From a virus: a stretch of DNA of 64,000 nucleotides. Shown here one piece after another: positions 39,583 through 48,529 of the stretch (positions within the stretch are counted from its first letter, which is position 1; every line of letters starts with the position of its first letter). The stretch lies in the IMG/VR virus record IMGVR_UViG_3300045988_165212. One strand, given 5' to 3'. The notes under the pieces are model-generated. The model saw nothing but the letters and a program-made list of their open reading frames with translations. It was not told the DNA's origin and ran no database searches. The translations under genes and the position numbers were made by a program.

Positions 39583-39841
39583 GACTGAGCCGATTGATTG
39601 AAAGACGTATCCTGTGGTTTTCAGCCGTAAGCCCTTCCACGACCTTTGTAATGTCTTCATATTTCTGTTGTGTTTCCAACAGCACCTTTGAAATGTCTTC
39701 GTACATACCTTTATATGTGTCATGCACGACCTTGGCATTCTTGGCATTGTTGGCTTTTCTGTTGGCAAACCAAACGATGGCAGCACCTATGCCGCCCGAT
39801 GGTATTGCCCACTGGATGAATTGCAGTAAAAAGTCTGCCAT
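39383..39841 (-). CDS. N-terminal TM plus coiled-coil protein (i-spanin-like or holin-like)
   Basis: 152 aa. TM segment FIQWAIPSGGIGAAIVWFA, then a helical region. Directly downstream of the amidase. Confidence 0.45.
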   Translation of the reverse strand: MADFLLQFIQWAIPSGGIGAAIVWFANRKANNAKNAKVVHDTYKGMYEDISKVLLETQQKYEDITKVVEGLTAENHRIRLSINRLSRAIEAIKLCPHRNSCPVSSELSLDEDDDNPGRGKGGKGQRRKQTDHDKNNVDGKGATRPGASDHST

Positions 39842-39863
39842 CGTTATCTTTTGTTTTATGGGG

Positions 39864-40334
39864 TTAAACTTGCTTGATACCTATTGAGCGCAACCACTCT
39901 TGCACGTTGAATGATGGGCAAGCCTTATGGCTGTTCAGCTCGTTGTGGCCAATGATGCGGATGGAAGGAAAACGTTCATGGAAGTTGCGCACATATTCGG
40001 TCAAAGCCTTTTTCTGTGCATCCGTTCTGGTGTCCTTGGCTGTCTTTCCATCAGAGGCAAGTCCACCGACATAAACAACGTGACGGCTCACAGAGTTGAA
40101 ACCTGCTGCACCATTGGTGATTTCCCATGGATCAACCTCAGCATCCTCATTGTTCTTCACAAGTCGCTCCACCTTTCCGTCAAGGTGTATCATGTCGGTA
40201 TAGCCAACCTGCTTCCATCCACGACCGCCCTTGCTCACTGGGTCGGTGTGCCAGTGGCGAATTTCGTCACTGGACACCTCACGACCTTCTTTTGTTGCGG
40301 TGCAATGCAGCACCAGATATTTCATTCGTGCCAT
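39864..40334 (-). CDS. N-acetylmuramoyl-L-alanine amidase endolysin (Amidase_2 / T7-lysozyme-like)
   Basis: LVLHCTAT, RGWKQVGYTDMI and IIGHNELNSHKACPSFNV (His/His/Cys zinc-ligand pattern). Confidence 0.85.
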   Translation of the reverse strand: MARMKYLVLHCTATKEGREVSSDEIRHWHTDPVSKGGRGWKQVGYTDMIHLDGKVERLVKNNEDAEVDPWEITNGAAGFNSVSRHVVYVGGLASDGKTAKDTRTDAQKKALTEYVRNFHERFPSIRIIGHNELNSHKACPSFNVQEWLRSIGIKQV

Positions 40335-40336
40335 GA

Positions 40337-41398
40337 CTATGCAGCACTGTAGTCGCTCATCATTACGACACCTGCATCAGCTTTCTTTGGCATACAGATG
40401 AAACGATGGCGGAAGTTGATTTTGTTTCGCTGGTACTCAGGATCGTTCTCTGATGCGCTCCAATACATCTTGGTCGAACCAGTGGCCTTGAATACACGAG
40501 GAACATAGAAGGCAAATGAGCATTGGAACTCACCAGTTTCAGCAGCCTTGCCCAAATCCTTCTTAACACCTGCTGTGGTATAGAGAGGATTGTTTGCAAA
40601 CTCGTAGATGTCGAAGCCATACAAGCGGCCAACGGTTCCGTCATTGCGGTTGATGTTGTACTGTTCACGGAAGGTCTGCTCTGTTTCCAGAAGGTCATTG
40701 ATGTGGTCAGAGCAAAGCACCGCTCTTCGTCCCATTGCTGGAACTCCCAAGGCATCCATCTTTCGCTTCATGTCGAGCAAGTCGTTCTTGGTCATCTTCA
40801 AGCGTCCTGTAGCTGCATCCCTCTCACCAGTGGTTTTCAGCACTGGTGTCTTAGCCGTGTTCTGCTTGGCACAGAGTGCATGGGCTGCTTTGGCAAACTT
40901 GGCATCATTGATGGCATTTCCGTGCGCTTCCTTCACACGTGCAATCTTGTCGTAGCTGATGGCATAAAGCTCATCATCAGTGATTGGTGTAACCTTAGTC
41001 TGGAACTTATCAAGGCTGATGCTAATGTCCTTGTCATCCAGTTTCTGCAAGTCAATAGGATATGTGGTGTTGTTGACCAATACATCAGGATCAACACCTA
41101 CATCTACCAAGTGGATGACATCATTCTCCACCACGCTTGATGCGTCAGGAATGCCGTCAAGCCAAGTGGCTTCCAAGCCACGGCGAAGGTATTTCACCAT
41201 TTCACCAGTCCACACCTCTTTATATACTCCAGCACGCAATGCGCCTTGAGCTACCTCACCGCCTATTACGGTGGCGATACAGTTCATGCCCACGGCTCCC
41301 ACTACAGGTGAAAAGCCAAGGACTGCACCGAAAACACTGCCAGTAATGCAGTTGAAAAGCACTGCCATTGTCAGTGCAAGTAATCTGTTCATTTTCAT
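40337..41398 (-). CDS. major capsid protein
   Basis: The track ORF extends to 41566, but ATGs at 41398 and 41392 follow the upstream stop at 41424. Follows the protease. EVWTGEMVKYLR..NDVIHLVDVGVDPDVLVNNTTYP resembles phage coat proteins as I remember them. Confidence 0.7.
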   Translation of the reverse strand: MKMNRLLALTMAVLFNCITGSVFGAVLGFSPVVGAVGMNCIATVIGGEVAQGALRAGVYKEVWTGEMVKYLRRGLEATWLDGIPDASSVVENDVIHLVDVGVDPDVLVNNTTYPIDLQKLDDKDISISLDKFQTKVTPITDDELYAISYDKIARVKEAHGNAINDAKFAKAAHALCAKQNTAKTPVLKTTGERDAATGRLKMTKNDLLDMKRKMDALGVPAMGRRAVLCSDHINDLLETEQTFREQYNINRNDGTVGRLYGFDIYEFANNPLYTTAGVKKDLGKAAETGEFQCSFAFYVPRVFKATGSTKMYWSASENDPEYQRNKINFRHRFICMPKKADAGVVMMSDYSAA

Positions 41399-41423
41399 TC
41401 TTCTTGTTTTATGGTTTGACTTT

Positions 41424-42362
41424 TTAGATTTCACACTCCATGCCATACTCAGCCTTGAAAAGACGCTTGTATTCATCGGGATTCTCCGAGCGCATCTTTT
41501 CCAGCTCTTCGCCTGGCACTTCACTAAACTTTGAATAAGTGGTTTTCTGCTGAGTTGGCGAACCACCCTGATGGCCGACTACAGAACTGAGCTTCACCAT
41601 CGGACTCATGGCTGCAAAAGTCTGCTTCAAGTCATCCACGCCAATCTTCTTGCCGAGGTTGATGAAATGCTCCTTCTTGTCTTCACTGATGCGTTTCTCA
41701 GTGATGGCAGTCTCCACGGTTGTTGTAATGGCAGAGAGTGTGAGCTGGGCTTTCTCCTTGGCAAGCGTCTCTTTCTCTGTCTCTGCTTCCTTCAGCGAAT
41801 TGATTTTCTGAAGGATGGTCGCCTCGTCTGCCGTCTCAGGCAATCCGAGCTGTGCGCACAAAATTTTCTGTTCCATTTGCTTGTTGTTTAAATTTTTGTT
41901 GTTACTGAGCAAGGTCAGCGGATTCTTTCCGTCCTTGCCTAATGTGATTTGTTCGCCGTTCTTTCTCATTACGATGGCATCGTCATTGGCTCCTATGTCC
42001 ACAACTGACACTTCAAAGAGTTTGCTCTTGGTGATGGTCTTGTATTTCTGACCAGGAACAATCACCTCTGGGTCTTCACTCTCTTCAACGATGTCAATGC
42101 CCACACTCACCATTTTCAGGCTACCAAACTCCCATTGCTTCTTGCACTGCTTGGAGAGTGGTGTGGCTTCATCGAACATCAGTTCACCAGTCACCTCATC
42201 GTTATCCACTTTGAGGTCTTTCACATAGCCAATCACATTGCCACGTTCGTGCATATAAAGAAGTACGGGATTGCGACAATACTGTTGCACATCCATGCCC
42301 TCTGTCAGTACACGACCACCGTAACTGTTAAGGCTGTTGTTTGAAATTCTTACTCGTTTCAT
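41424..42362 (-). CDS. prohead protease (HK97/S78-like) fused to a scaffold-like C-terminus
   Basis: Likely start at ATG 42362. PVLLYMHERGNVIGYV..SVGIDIV..LFEVSVVDIGANDDA, followed by a coiled-coil tail. Confidence 0.75.
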   Translation of the reverse strand: MKRVRISNNSLNSYGGRVLTEGMDVQQYCRNPVLLYMHERGNVIGYVKDLKVDNDEVTGELMFDEATPLSKQCKKQWEFGSLKMVSVGIDIVEESEDPEVIVPGQKYKTITKSKLFEVSVVDIGANDDAIVMRKNGEQITLGKDGKNPLTLLSNNKNLNNKQMEQKILCAQLGLPETADEATILQKINSLKEAETEKETLAKEKAQLTLSAITTTVETAITEKRISEDKKEHFINLGKKIGVDDLKQTFAAMSPMVKLSSVVGHQGGSPTQQKTTYSKFSEVPGEELEKMRSENPDEYKRLFKAEYGMECEI

Positions 42363-42434
42363 TTTCTCGCTTTTTGCGTTTTGCGCTGCAATATTACTGC
42401 TTAATTTACTGACCGCCAAAAAAGTGTGAAATGA

Positions 42435-42531
42435 TTGCACACTTCTATGAAATGGTTGCACACTATTTTGGTGATGCTACCGAATTGTTGCAATTTTGCA
42501 CTGCATTTGATTTTTTAATAAAGTATTGCAC
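42435..42531. promoter_or_regulatory. TTGCAC(A) repeats in the divergent late intergenic region
   Basis: TTGCAC at 42435, 42456, 42496 and 42526, plus TTGCAA at 42488. All lie between the divergent protease and TerS genes. Confidence 0.4.
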
Positions 42532-42996
42532 ATGACAAAAGCTGAAATAGAAAAGAAACGTTCATTGGCTCGAACACTGTTCATGTCGGGTATGGAACAG
42601 GCTGAGATTGCCGAAAAGGTAGGCATCTCACGTGTCACCATATCCAAGTGGTGTGTGGCTGATGGATGGAAGGAGGCACGTGCGGCCAAGAGTGTCACAC
42701 GTCCCGAACTGGTCAATAAGCTGTTGTTGACCATTGATGCGCTCATAACGCAAGTGAATGAATCTGGTGATCCAATGGCGATGGCTGGACTGGGTGACAA
42801 GCTCGCAAAGCTCTCTTCTGTCATTGAGAAACTTGACAAGAAAGCTAATGTGGTGGATGTCATCGAGGTGTCCATGATGTTTAGCAAGTGGTTGGAGTTC
42901 CGTGCCAAGTCTGACCATACGATAACAACCGAGCTGATGAAGCAAATCAATCATCTGCAAGACTTGTTTATCATGGAACAGATGGGTGTCAAATAA
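42532..42996 (+). CDS. terminase small subunit (HTH)
   Basis: ATG at 42532. EQAEIAEKVGISRVTISKW. Immediately upstream of TerL. Confidence 0.65.
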   Translation: MTKAEIEKKRSLARTLFMSGMEQAEIAEKVGISRVTISKWCVADGWKEARAAKSVTRPELVNKLLLTIDALITQVNESGDPMAMAGLGDKLAKLSSVIEKLDKKANVVDVIEVSMMFSKWLEFRAKSDHTITTELMKQINHLQDLFIMEQMGVK

Positions 42997-43005
42997 TATA
43001 GGTAT

Positions 43006-44565
43006 ATGGCAACAGCAGCAGAAAAGAAACTCGCATACGAGCAATGGAAGGAACGGTGCAAGCAAGTTCAGTCTTTCACCGACACCTCTCTTATGCGCAA
43101 GGAAACGCCCATTGAGAAGGAAAAGCGTATTCGTAGGCTGCAATCCAATTATGCCGCATTTTGCGAGTATTACTTTCCACACTTCTTGCAGCTTCGTGAC
43201 AAGACCACTGGTGAGGTGATTCGCACCATTCACAATGCTCCTTTTCACAACCAGGCTGCACAGAAGGTGAAGAACACCCCAAACCTCAAAGCGGTGTTCA
43301 TGTGGCCACGTGGCCACGCCAAGTCCACCCACATGGACATCTTTACCCCTTTGTGGCTGATGTTTCAGGCAAAGCGTCTGATTAACTTCATGGTGGTTGT
43401 GGGCAAGTCAGAGGATAGTGCCAACCGCTTGCTTGGCGACATTCAGGCTGAATTGGAGTACAACCAACGCATCATTGCCGACTTTGGCGCACAGAAGAAC
43501 GCTGGTGACTGGCAAGAAGGTGAGTTCAAGACCAAGGACGGCGTGAAGTTCCTTGCTTGTGGTCGTGGACAATCACCACGTGGTTTGCGTGATCGTGAGG
43601 CACGTCCAGACTACATTGTTATTGATGACCTTGACGATGATGAGCTTTGCCGTAATGAGAAGCGTGTGCATGACCTTACCGACTGGGTGAAAGAAGCCCT
43701 TTTCGGTTCGCTTGACGTGGGTCGTGGTCGCTTCATCATGGTGGGCAACCTCATTTCCAAGACATCAGTTCTCTTCAACCTGGCACATACCAAGGGTGTG
43801 TTTCTGTCTAAGATTGTGGCGGTTGATGCTAATGGTGAACCTGTCTGGCGTGAGAAATGGACAAAGGAAGAGGCTCAGGCATACGCCGACTTTGTGGGAT
43901 TCCGTGCTTGGAACAAAGAAATGATGCACAATCCTATCAAGGATGGCACGATATTTCGCCATGACTGGATTCGCTACAAGAAGGTTCTTCCACTCAATAA
44001 GTATGACCAACTTATTTGCTACACCGACCCTTCTTTCAAATCGACCACGGCAAACGACTATAAGGCTTCACGTTTCTGGGGAAAGATAGGCACTGAGTTT
44101 CATTTGATTGATTGCTATGTCCGTCAAGATACCGTTGGCGGTATGGTCAGATGGCTCTACAACCTTTATGAATCCTTGCCTGATGATGTCACGGTGTCGT
44201 TCTTCATGGAGGCGAACTTTCTGCAAGATACCATTCTTGATGAGTTCACGGAAGAGGGCAACCGCCGTGGCTACCAGTTGCCGATTACAGGCGACAAGCG
44301 CAAGAAGCCAGAAAAGTTGCAGCGCATTGAGGCCGTTTCTCCTTTATGGGAACGTGGCTTTGTGTTCTACAATGAGGCGTTGAAGGAATCTCCAGATATG
44401 CAAGTGGGCATCGAACAGACGCTTTCACTCGAACGTGGCAGTCGTGTGCATGATGATGCGCCCGATGCTGATGAGGGTGCTATATGGATGCTCCAGCGCA
44501 ACACTCGACAAGTTATTTACAAACCGAGGTTTGGCAAGCGTCCGACCTCTAAAAACAGTTGGTAA
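43006..44565 (+). CDS. terminase large subunit
   Basis: 519 aa. Walker A-like WPRGHAKST, Walker B YIVIDDLDDDE, and a C-terminal nuclease-like VHDDAPDADEGA. Confidence 0.9.
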   Translation: MATAAEKKLAYEQWKERCKQVQSFTDTSLMRKETPIEKEKRIRRLQSNYAAFCEYYFPHFLQLRDKTTGEVIRTIHNAPFHNQAAQKVKNTPNLKAVFMWPRGHAKSTHMDIFTPLWLMFQAKRLINFMVVVGKSEDSANRLLGDIQAELEYNQRIIADFGAQKNAGDWQEGEFKTKDGVKFLACGRGQSPRGLRDREARPDYIVIDDLDDDELCRNEKRVHDLTDWVKEALFGSLDVGRGRFIMVGNLISKTSVLFNLAHTKGVFLSKIVAVDANGEPVWREKWTKEEAQAYADFVGFRAWNKEMMHNPIKDGTIFRHDWIRYKKVLPLNKYDQLICYTDPSFKSTTANDYKASRFWGKIGTEFHLIDCYVRQDTVGGMVRWLYNLYESLPDDVTVSFFMEANFLQDTILDEFTEEGNRRGYQLPITGDKRKKPEKLQRIEAVSPLWERGFVFYNEALKESPDMQVGIEQTLSLERGSRVHDDAPDADEGAIWMLQRNTRQVIYKPRFGKRPTSKNSW

Positions 44566-44566
44566 T

Positions 44567-44797
44567 ATGATTAGACTATTCAAAGATTTGCTTTTCGCTT
44601 GGCGTTACAAGCGTGCCGTCAAAGAAGCCATCATGCTCTCCCAAGGCAGTGGCTTGAAGTATTATGTTCTTTACATGAATGGTGGTTTGAAGGTTGTACC
44701 CAAGCAGACCATCAAGACGCTTGTGAAGCGTCATCGTTTCAAGAAGGGTACAAAGGTTGAAGACATTGAGCGGCGTGCCTTGTTTGTGACAAAGTAA
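44567..44797 (+). CDS. hypothetical protein
   Basis: ATG at 44567, right after the TerL stop. 76 aa. Confidence 0.4.
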   Translation: MIRLFKDLLFAWRYKRAVKEAIMLSQGSGLKYYVLYMNGGLKVVPKQTIKTLVKRHRFKKGTKVEDIERRALFVTK

Positions 44798-44808
44798 GGA
44801 GGTGAATC

Positions 44809-45228
44809 ATGTTTATAACAGAAGATGATTATAAGGTGGTTATCGGCGACACCGCCATGAAGGTGGTTTCTCAGGCTTCTGCCGAGAATCGTGCCAATGC
44901 CGAGCGTGAGGCACAGGAGGAAATTTCGGGCTATCTGCGTCCAAAGTACGATTGTGATGCGGTGTTTGCTGCGGAAGGCGAAAAGCGCAACCATCAGATT
45001 GTGATGTTCACTTGCGACATTGCCCTTTACCACATGGTTTCGGCTATGCCTCAAAAGATGGGTTCCGACATTCGTAAGGAACGCTATGAGCGTGCCATCA
45101 AGTGGTTAGAGGGTGTTCAGTCTGGCAAGATTGTTCCTGACCTGCCACTGGTGCTGGATGACAACGGTGAAATGGTTGGCAGTTCCATTGTCTATGGCTG
45201 TCAGCGTAAACTTAGACATAATTGGTAA
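44809..45228 (+). CDS. hypothetical protein, possibly DUF1320/Mu gp36-like
   Basis: 139 aa, immediately upstream of the portal as in Mu-like phages. Confidence 0.45.
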   Translation: MFITEDDYKVVIGDTAMKVVSQASAENRANAEREAQEEISGYLRPKYDCDAVFAAEGEKRNHQIVMFTCDIALYHMVSAMPQKMGSDIRKERYERAIKWLEGVQSGKIVPDLPLVLDDNGEMVGSSIVYGCQRKLRHNW

Positions 45229-45233
45229 ACGAC

Positions 45234-46550
45234 ATGGGATATATTCAGAATTTTATACAGAGCATAACAAGCAAGCCACGCATCTTGCACACCTCGCATG
45301 GTGATTTCAATCTTGCCAAGGCTTCTGGGCGCAAGAACGTCCAGAAAATAGTGGCACAGCTACAACGCACCACTGAGGCACTCACACGCTCTGATATGCA
45401 AGACTGGCGCAATGCCTGGCAGATGGCAATCAGTGTGGAAAGTCCAAACCGTCAACGTCTCTATGACATCTATCGGGACGCTGATGTTGATGCGCACCTT
45501 TCGGGATGCGTTGAACAGCGCAAGGGCTTTGTGATGGCTCGTTCCTTCAAGATCATTGACAAGAATGAGAATGTGAAGGATGATGCGCTGCACTATTTCA
45601 ACCAGGCATGGTTTAAGCAACTTTTGCGCCTTGCCTTGGATTCCATCTATTGGGGTCACTCGCTCATTGAGCTTGGCGACATTACCACTGATGGTGACGG
45701 TTGTCCATGCTTCAATGGTGTGAAGCTGATAAACCGCAAGTATGTCATTCCTGAGTATGGGCGTGTTATCACAGATCTTGGCATGGACTGGACTACTGGC
45801 ATCGACTACCATCAGCCACCTTTCACAGACTGGCTCATTGAGGCAGGTCAGCCTGATGATTTGGGACTTTATTTGAAGGCTGCTGCACATACCATCCCGA
45901 AAAAGAACACGCTTGCCTTCTGGGACACATTTGGTGAAATATTTGGTATGCCTATGCGCATTGGCCACACCACCGTCCGTGACGAAAAGGAGCTTTCCAA
46001 GATGGAGAACATGATGGCTACCATGGGAACTGAGTTCTGGGCTTTGTTTCCAGAGGGTACTGACATTGAGGTGGTGGAAAGCACCAAGGGCGATGCGTTC
46101 AATGTGTATGACAAGCGTGTTGACCGTGCCAACTCCGAGCTGTCAAAGCTCATTATTGGTCAGACCATGACCATTGAGGATGGCAGTAGCCTTTCACAGT
46201 CGCAAACCCATCTTGAAGTGTTCCAGAACCTTGTGGAGAGTGATGCGGATATGTTGGCAGACCTTGTGAACAATCAGCTAATTCCTCGCATGGTGAAACT
46301 TGGCTTTCCTCTTCAAGGTTTGCGCTTTGCATGGGATGATGCAGTTGATTACACTCCAGAACAGCAATTCACATACGAAAAGATGATTGCAGACCGCTAT
46401 GAGGTCGATCCAAAGTATTTCGCCGACAAGTACAATATGCCAGTGGGTGAACGCCGGCAGCAACAGGTTCCTTCACCAGACCCTGATGATGGTGGTGATA
46501 ACGGCAAAGACCCAAAGAAGCAGCACAACGCACGTCCTTTTTTCGATTAA
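45234..46550 (+). CDS. portal protein (Mu gp29/DUF935-like)
   Basis: About 438 aa. RQRLYDIYRDADVDAHLSGCVEQRKGFV. Lies between the terminase and MuF. Confidence 0.8.
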   Translation: MGYIQNFIQSITSKPRILHTSHGDFNLAKASGRKNVQKIVAQLQRTTEALTRSDMQDWRNAWQMAISVESPNRQRLYDIYRDADVDAHLSGCVEQRKGFVMARSFKIIDKNENVKDDALHYFNQAWFKQLLRLALDSIYWGHSLIELGDITTDGDGCPCFNGVKLINRKYVIPEYGRVITDLGMDWTTGIDYHQPPFTDWLIEAGQPDDLGLYLKAAAHTIPKKNTLAFWDTFGEIFGMPMRIGHTTVRDEKELSKMENMMATMGTEFWALFPEGTDIEVVESTKGDAFNVYDKRVDRANSELSKLIIGQTMTIEDGSSLSQSQTHLEVFQNLVESDADMLADLVNNQLIPRMVKLGFPLQGLRFAWDDAVDYTPEQQFTYEKMIADRYEVDPKYFADKYNMPVGERRQQQVPSPDPDDGGDNGKDPKKQHNARPFFD

Positions 46551-46564
46551 GCCCCACCGACTAT

Positions 46565-48016
46565 GTGGGGCTGCACCAACGGTATGCCACCATCCTTGGA
46601 AACAAGACACTGACATTGGCTGCACCCATCAAGGATGAACTACGTGAGGAACTTTGCAAGAAGTTTGCAAAGATGATGTCTGCACTCTTCAAGCAGAAGG
46701 GTGCAAACTTCGACATCAACATCATAGCCTCTGATGAGGCACAAGACTTTATCAATACGCACACCTCTGTTCTTGACAGTTCTTTTCAAAAGGTAGAAAT
46801 GTCCGACCTCATGCGCCAACGTCTTACACGCTCCAACTATATCTTTAGTGGAATGAAGACGTTCCATGAACTCAATGAGGCTTTTCCATCCTTGCTTGAT
46901 GAGAATGGCAATAAAAAGACGTTTGAACGCTTTTTGAACGATGTCCGAAAGATAGATGAAACGTATAACTCCAACTATCTACGTGCTGAATACAACTTTG
47001 TTCAGGCATCAGCGGAAATGGCTGCAAAGTGGGAAAAGTTCATGGAGGATGGTGATCATTATTATCTCCAGTATCGAACCCAGCATGATGACAAGGTTCG
47101 ACCAGAACACGCCTCGCTTGACCGTGTGACACTTCCACCGTCCGATTCATTCTGGGAATCATATTACCCACCTAACGGATGGAATTGCCGTTGCACGGTG
47201 GTTCAGGTTCTTAAACGAAAGTATGAGCCTACACCGCACGATGAAGCCATGTCACTGGGTGAGGAAGCTTTGCAGACTGATAAAAAAGGAATATTCCGTT
47301 TCAATTCGGGTAAGGAGCAAAAGACGGTTCCTGACTACAACCCTTATACCATCAAGCGGTGTCGTGACTGTGATATTGCAAAGGGTAAGTTGAATCTTGA
47401 CAGAAAGCCTGTTGCAGACAATGAACTTTGTGCTGCTTGCCGATTGGTACATAAATGCGCCAATGCGTACACTGATTCAGGAAAAACAAATCTTTCTGTT
47501 GAAGACCGTGATGCGATACTTGCAAAGCCTTTGGATGAACAATATTTCACCAAATACATTGGCATCAAAGGAAAAGTATTGCAACATGAGTTGGCTTGCT
47601 CTACAGCAGAAGACTATAAACGTGTTTTGGATGTAGCTAAGGCTTTTGCTGATGAATTTGGTGATTGTTTACTAAATCCTGAAATTCAATTCACCGCAAC
47701 AAGTGGAAGAAGAAAGGTTTATGATATGCTTCCAGAAGACAGTAAAGCAAACCCAGATTTGAAAGTGGGCGAATTTGGATATATTGATGTGAAATCACCT
47801 GAAAAAGTTATGAACTGTTGTCGCAATGCGAACCATGCTTCTGATGCACAAAATGCTTGCGTTTGTCTGACAGACCATTGCTTTAGAAAGCCAATTACGG
47901 AAAGACAAATTCAAGATAGGAACAAAGCTATTTGGGATAGTGAACAATATCACCATGACTACATCTTTTGGTATGTCAATGGTAAGCTCAGAAAATACAA
48001 GAGACCAATGGAATAA
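46565..48016 (+). CDS. MuF / SPP1 gp7-family head morphogenesis protein with a C-terminal extension
   Basis: QYRTQHDDKVRPEHASLDRV...PPNGWNCRCTV signature. The start is uncertain (GTG 46565, or ATG 46673). The ~220-aa extension has two CxxC pairs and NPD..x10..DVK. Confidence 0.8.
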   Translation: MGLHQRYATILGNKTLTLAAPIKDELREELCKKFAKMMSALFKQKGANFDINIIASDEAQDFINTHTSVLDSSFQKVEMSDLMRQRLTRSNYIFSGMKTFHELNEAFPSLLDENGNKKTFERFLNDVRKIDETYNSNYLRAEYNFVQASAEMAAKWEKFMEDGDHYYLQYRTQHDDKVRPEHASLDRVTLPPSDSFWESYYPPNGWNCRCTVVQVLKRKYEPTPHDEAMSLGEEALQTDKKGIFRFNSGKEQKTVPDYNPYTIKRCRDCDIAKGKLNLDRKPVADNELCAACRLVHKCANAYTDSGKTNLSVEDRDAILAKPLDEQYFTKYIGIKGKVLQHELACSTAEDYKRVLDVAKAFADEFGDCLLNPEIQFTATSGRRKVYDMLPEDSKANPDLKVGEFGYIDVKSPEKVMNCCRNANHASDAQNACVCLTDHCFRKPITERQIQDRNKAIWDSEQYHHDYIFWYVNGKLRKYKRPME

Positions 48017-48179
48017 TCCGTTGGCCTCAGGTTCTGCAACGTCGCACGCTGCTTTCAGTGGTTATCAGTACTTCGCTCTCCACGCTGCAAAGATAGTAAT
48101 AAATTTCAATATAGCAACTAAATTACAACATTTTTTAAGGTTATTCGTTATAAAATGTATAGCAACAGAGTTTTATACG

Positions 48180-48187
48180 TAACTTTG
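48180..48187 (+). promoter_or_regulatory. Bacteroidetes -7 promoter motif (TAACTTTG) upstream of the TR-position repeat
   Basis: Exact TAnnTTTG match 25 nt upstream of the repeat edge at 48213, in a 196-bp unique non-coding stretch. Confidence 0.4.
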
Positions 48188-48212
48188 CAGCCCAAAAGGT
48201 GGAATTTCCCAA

Positions 48213-48379
48213 TAAGCCGTGTGGTTTATCGTGGGTACAACAACGCGAATGCGAATGGCGGTGTCGTGAATGCGAATGCGAATAACGATGCAGCGAATGC
48301 GAATGCGAATGTCGGCTCACGCCTGGACAAACTGATTACACCATCAATCGGCCTACCATACCAGGGACGTGATTCCTAA
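48213..48379 (+). repeat. DGR repeat copy in TR position (non-coding context, followed by spacer and RT)
   Basis: Identical to the reverse complement of 21498..21664. The upstream context is unique and non-coding. The 74-aa track ORF 48155..48379 is judged read-through, not a gene. Confidence 0.6.
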
Positions 48380-48529
48380 CATGGAGCCGAGGGAAACGAA
48401 CCTCAGCAAACTACCAATATGGGAAAGCTGAAAAATCAAGTGTTGGGTGGAGTTTGGTAGGCCGTTCTTACGGCTCGAAGAAGTCAGGCCCAGAGACAGG
48501 AAGGCCAAAAGGCCATAAAATTATTAACA
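48380..48529 (+). ncRNA. spacer between TR-position repeat and RT (copy)
   Basis: Reverse-complement copy of 21348..21497. Confidence 0.35.

Noticed and set aside
39073-39786. The full 237-aa ORF as a single gene.
   Set aside because: Its N-terminal ~68 codons are basic, low-complexity read-through overlapping the 152-aa TM protein. The lipoprotein signal begins at an internal GTG (39582), so a shorter gene is more plausible.
40337-41566. The capsid ORF starting at 41566 (409 aa).
   Set aside because: The first 56 codons overlap the protease/scaffold gene in another frame. ATGs at 41398 and 41392 just after the upstream stop are more likely.
21665-48212. The core as a Mu G-segment-like invertible switch (Gin/Hin type).
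   Set aside because: I saw no serine invertase gene. The inverted repeats are 15.8 kb long and include host DNA, which is not the architecture of a programmed inversion.
48155-48379. 74-aa ORF (MYSNRVLYVTLQPKRWNFPISRVVYRGYNN...) as a small DGR target gene.
   Set aside because: Only its last 55 codons are the repeat. The unique N-terminal 19 codons lie in AT-rich promoter-like DNA and overlap the -7 motif. It is more simply the TR kept in frame than a gene.
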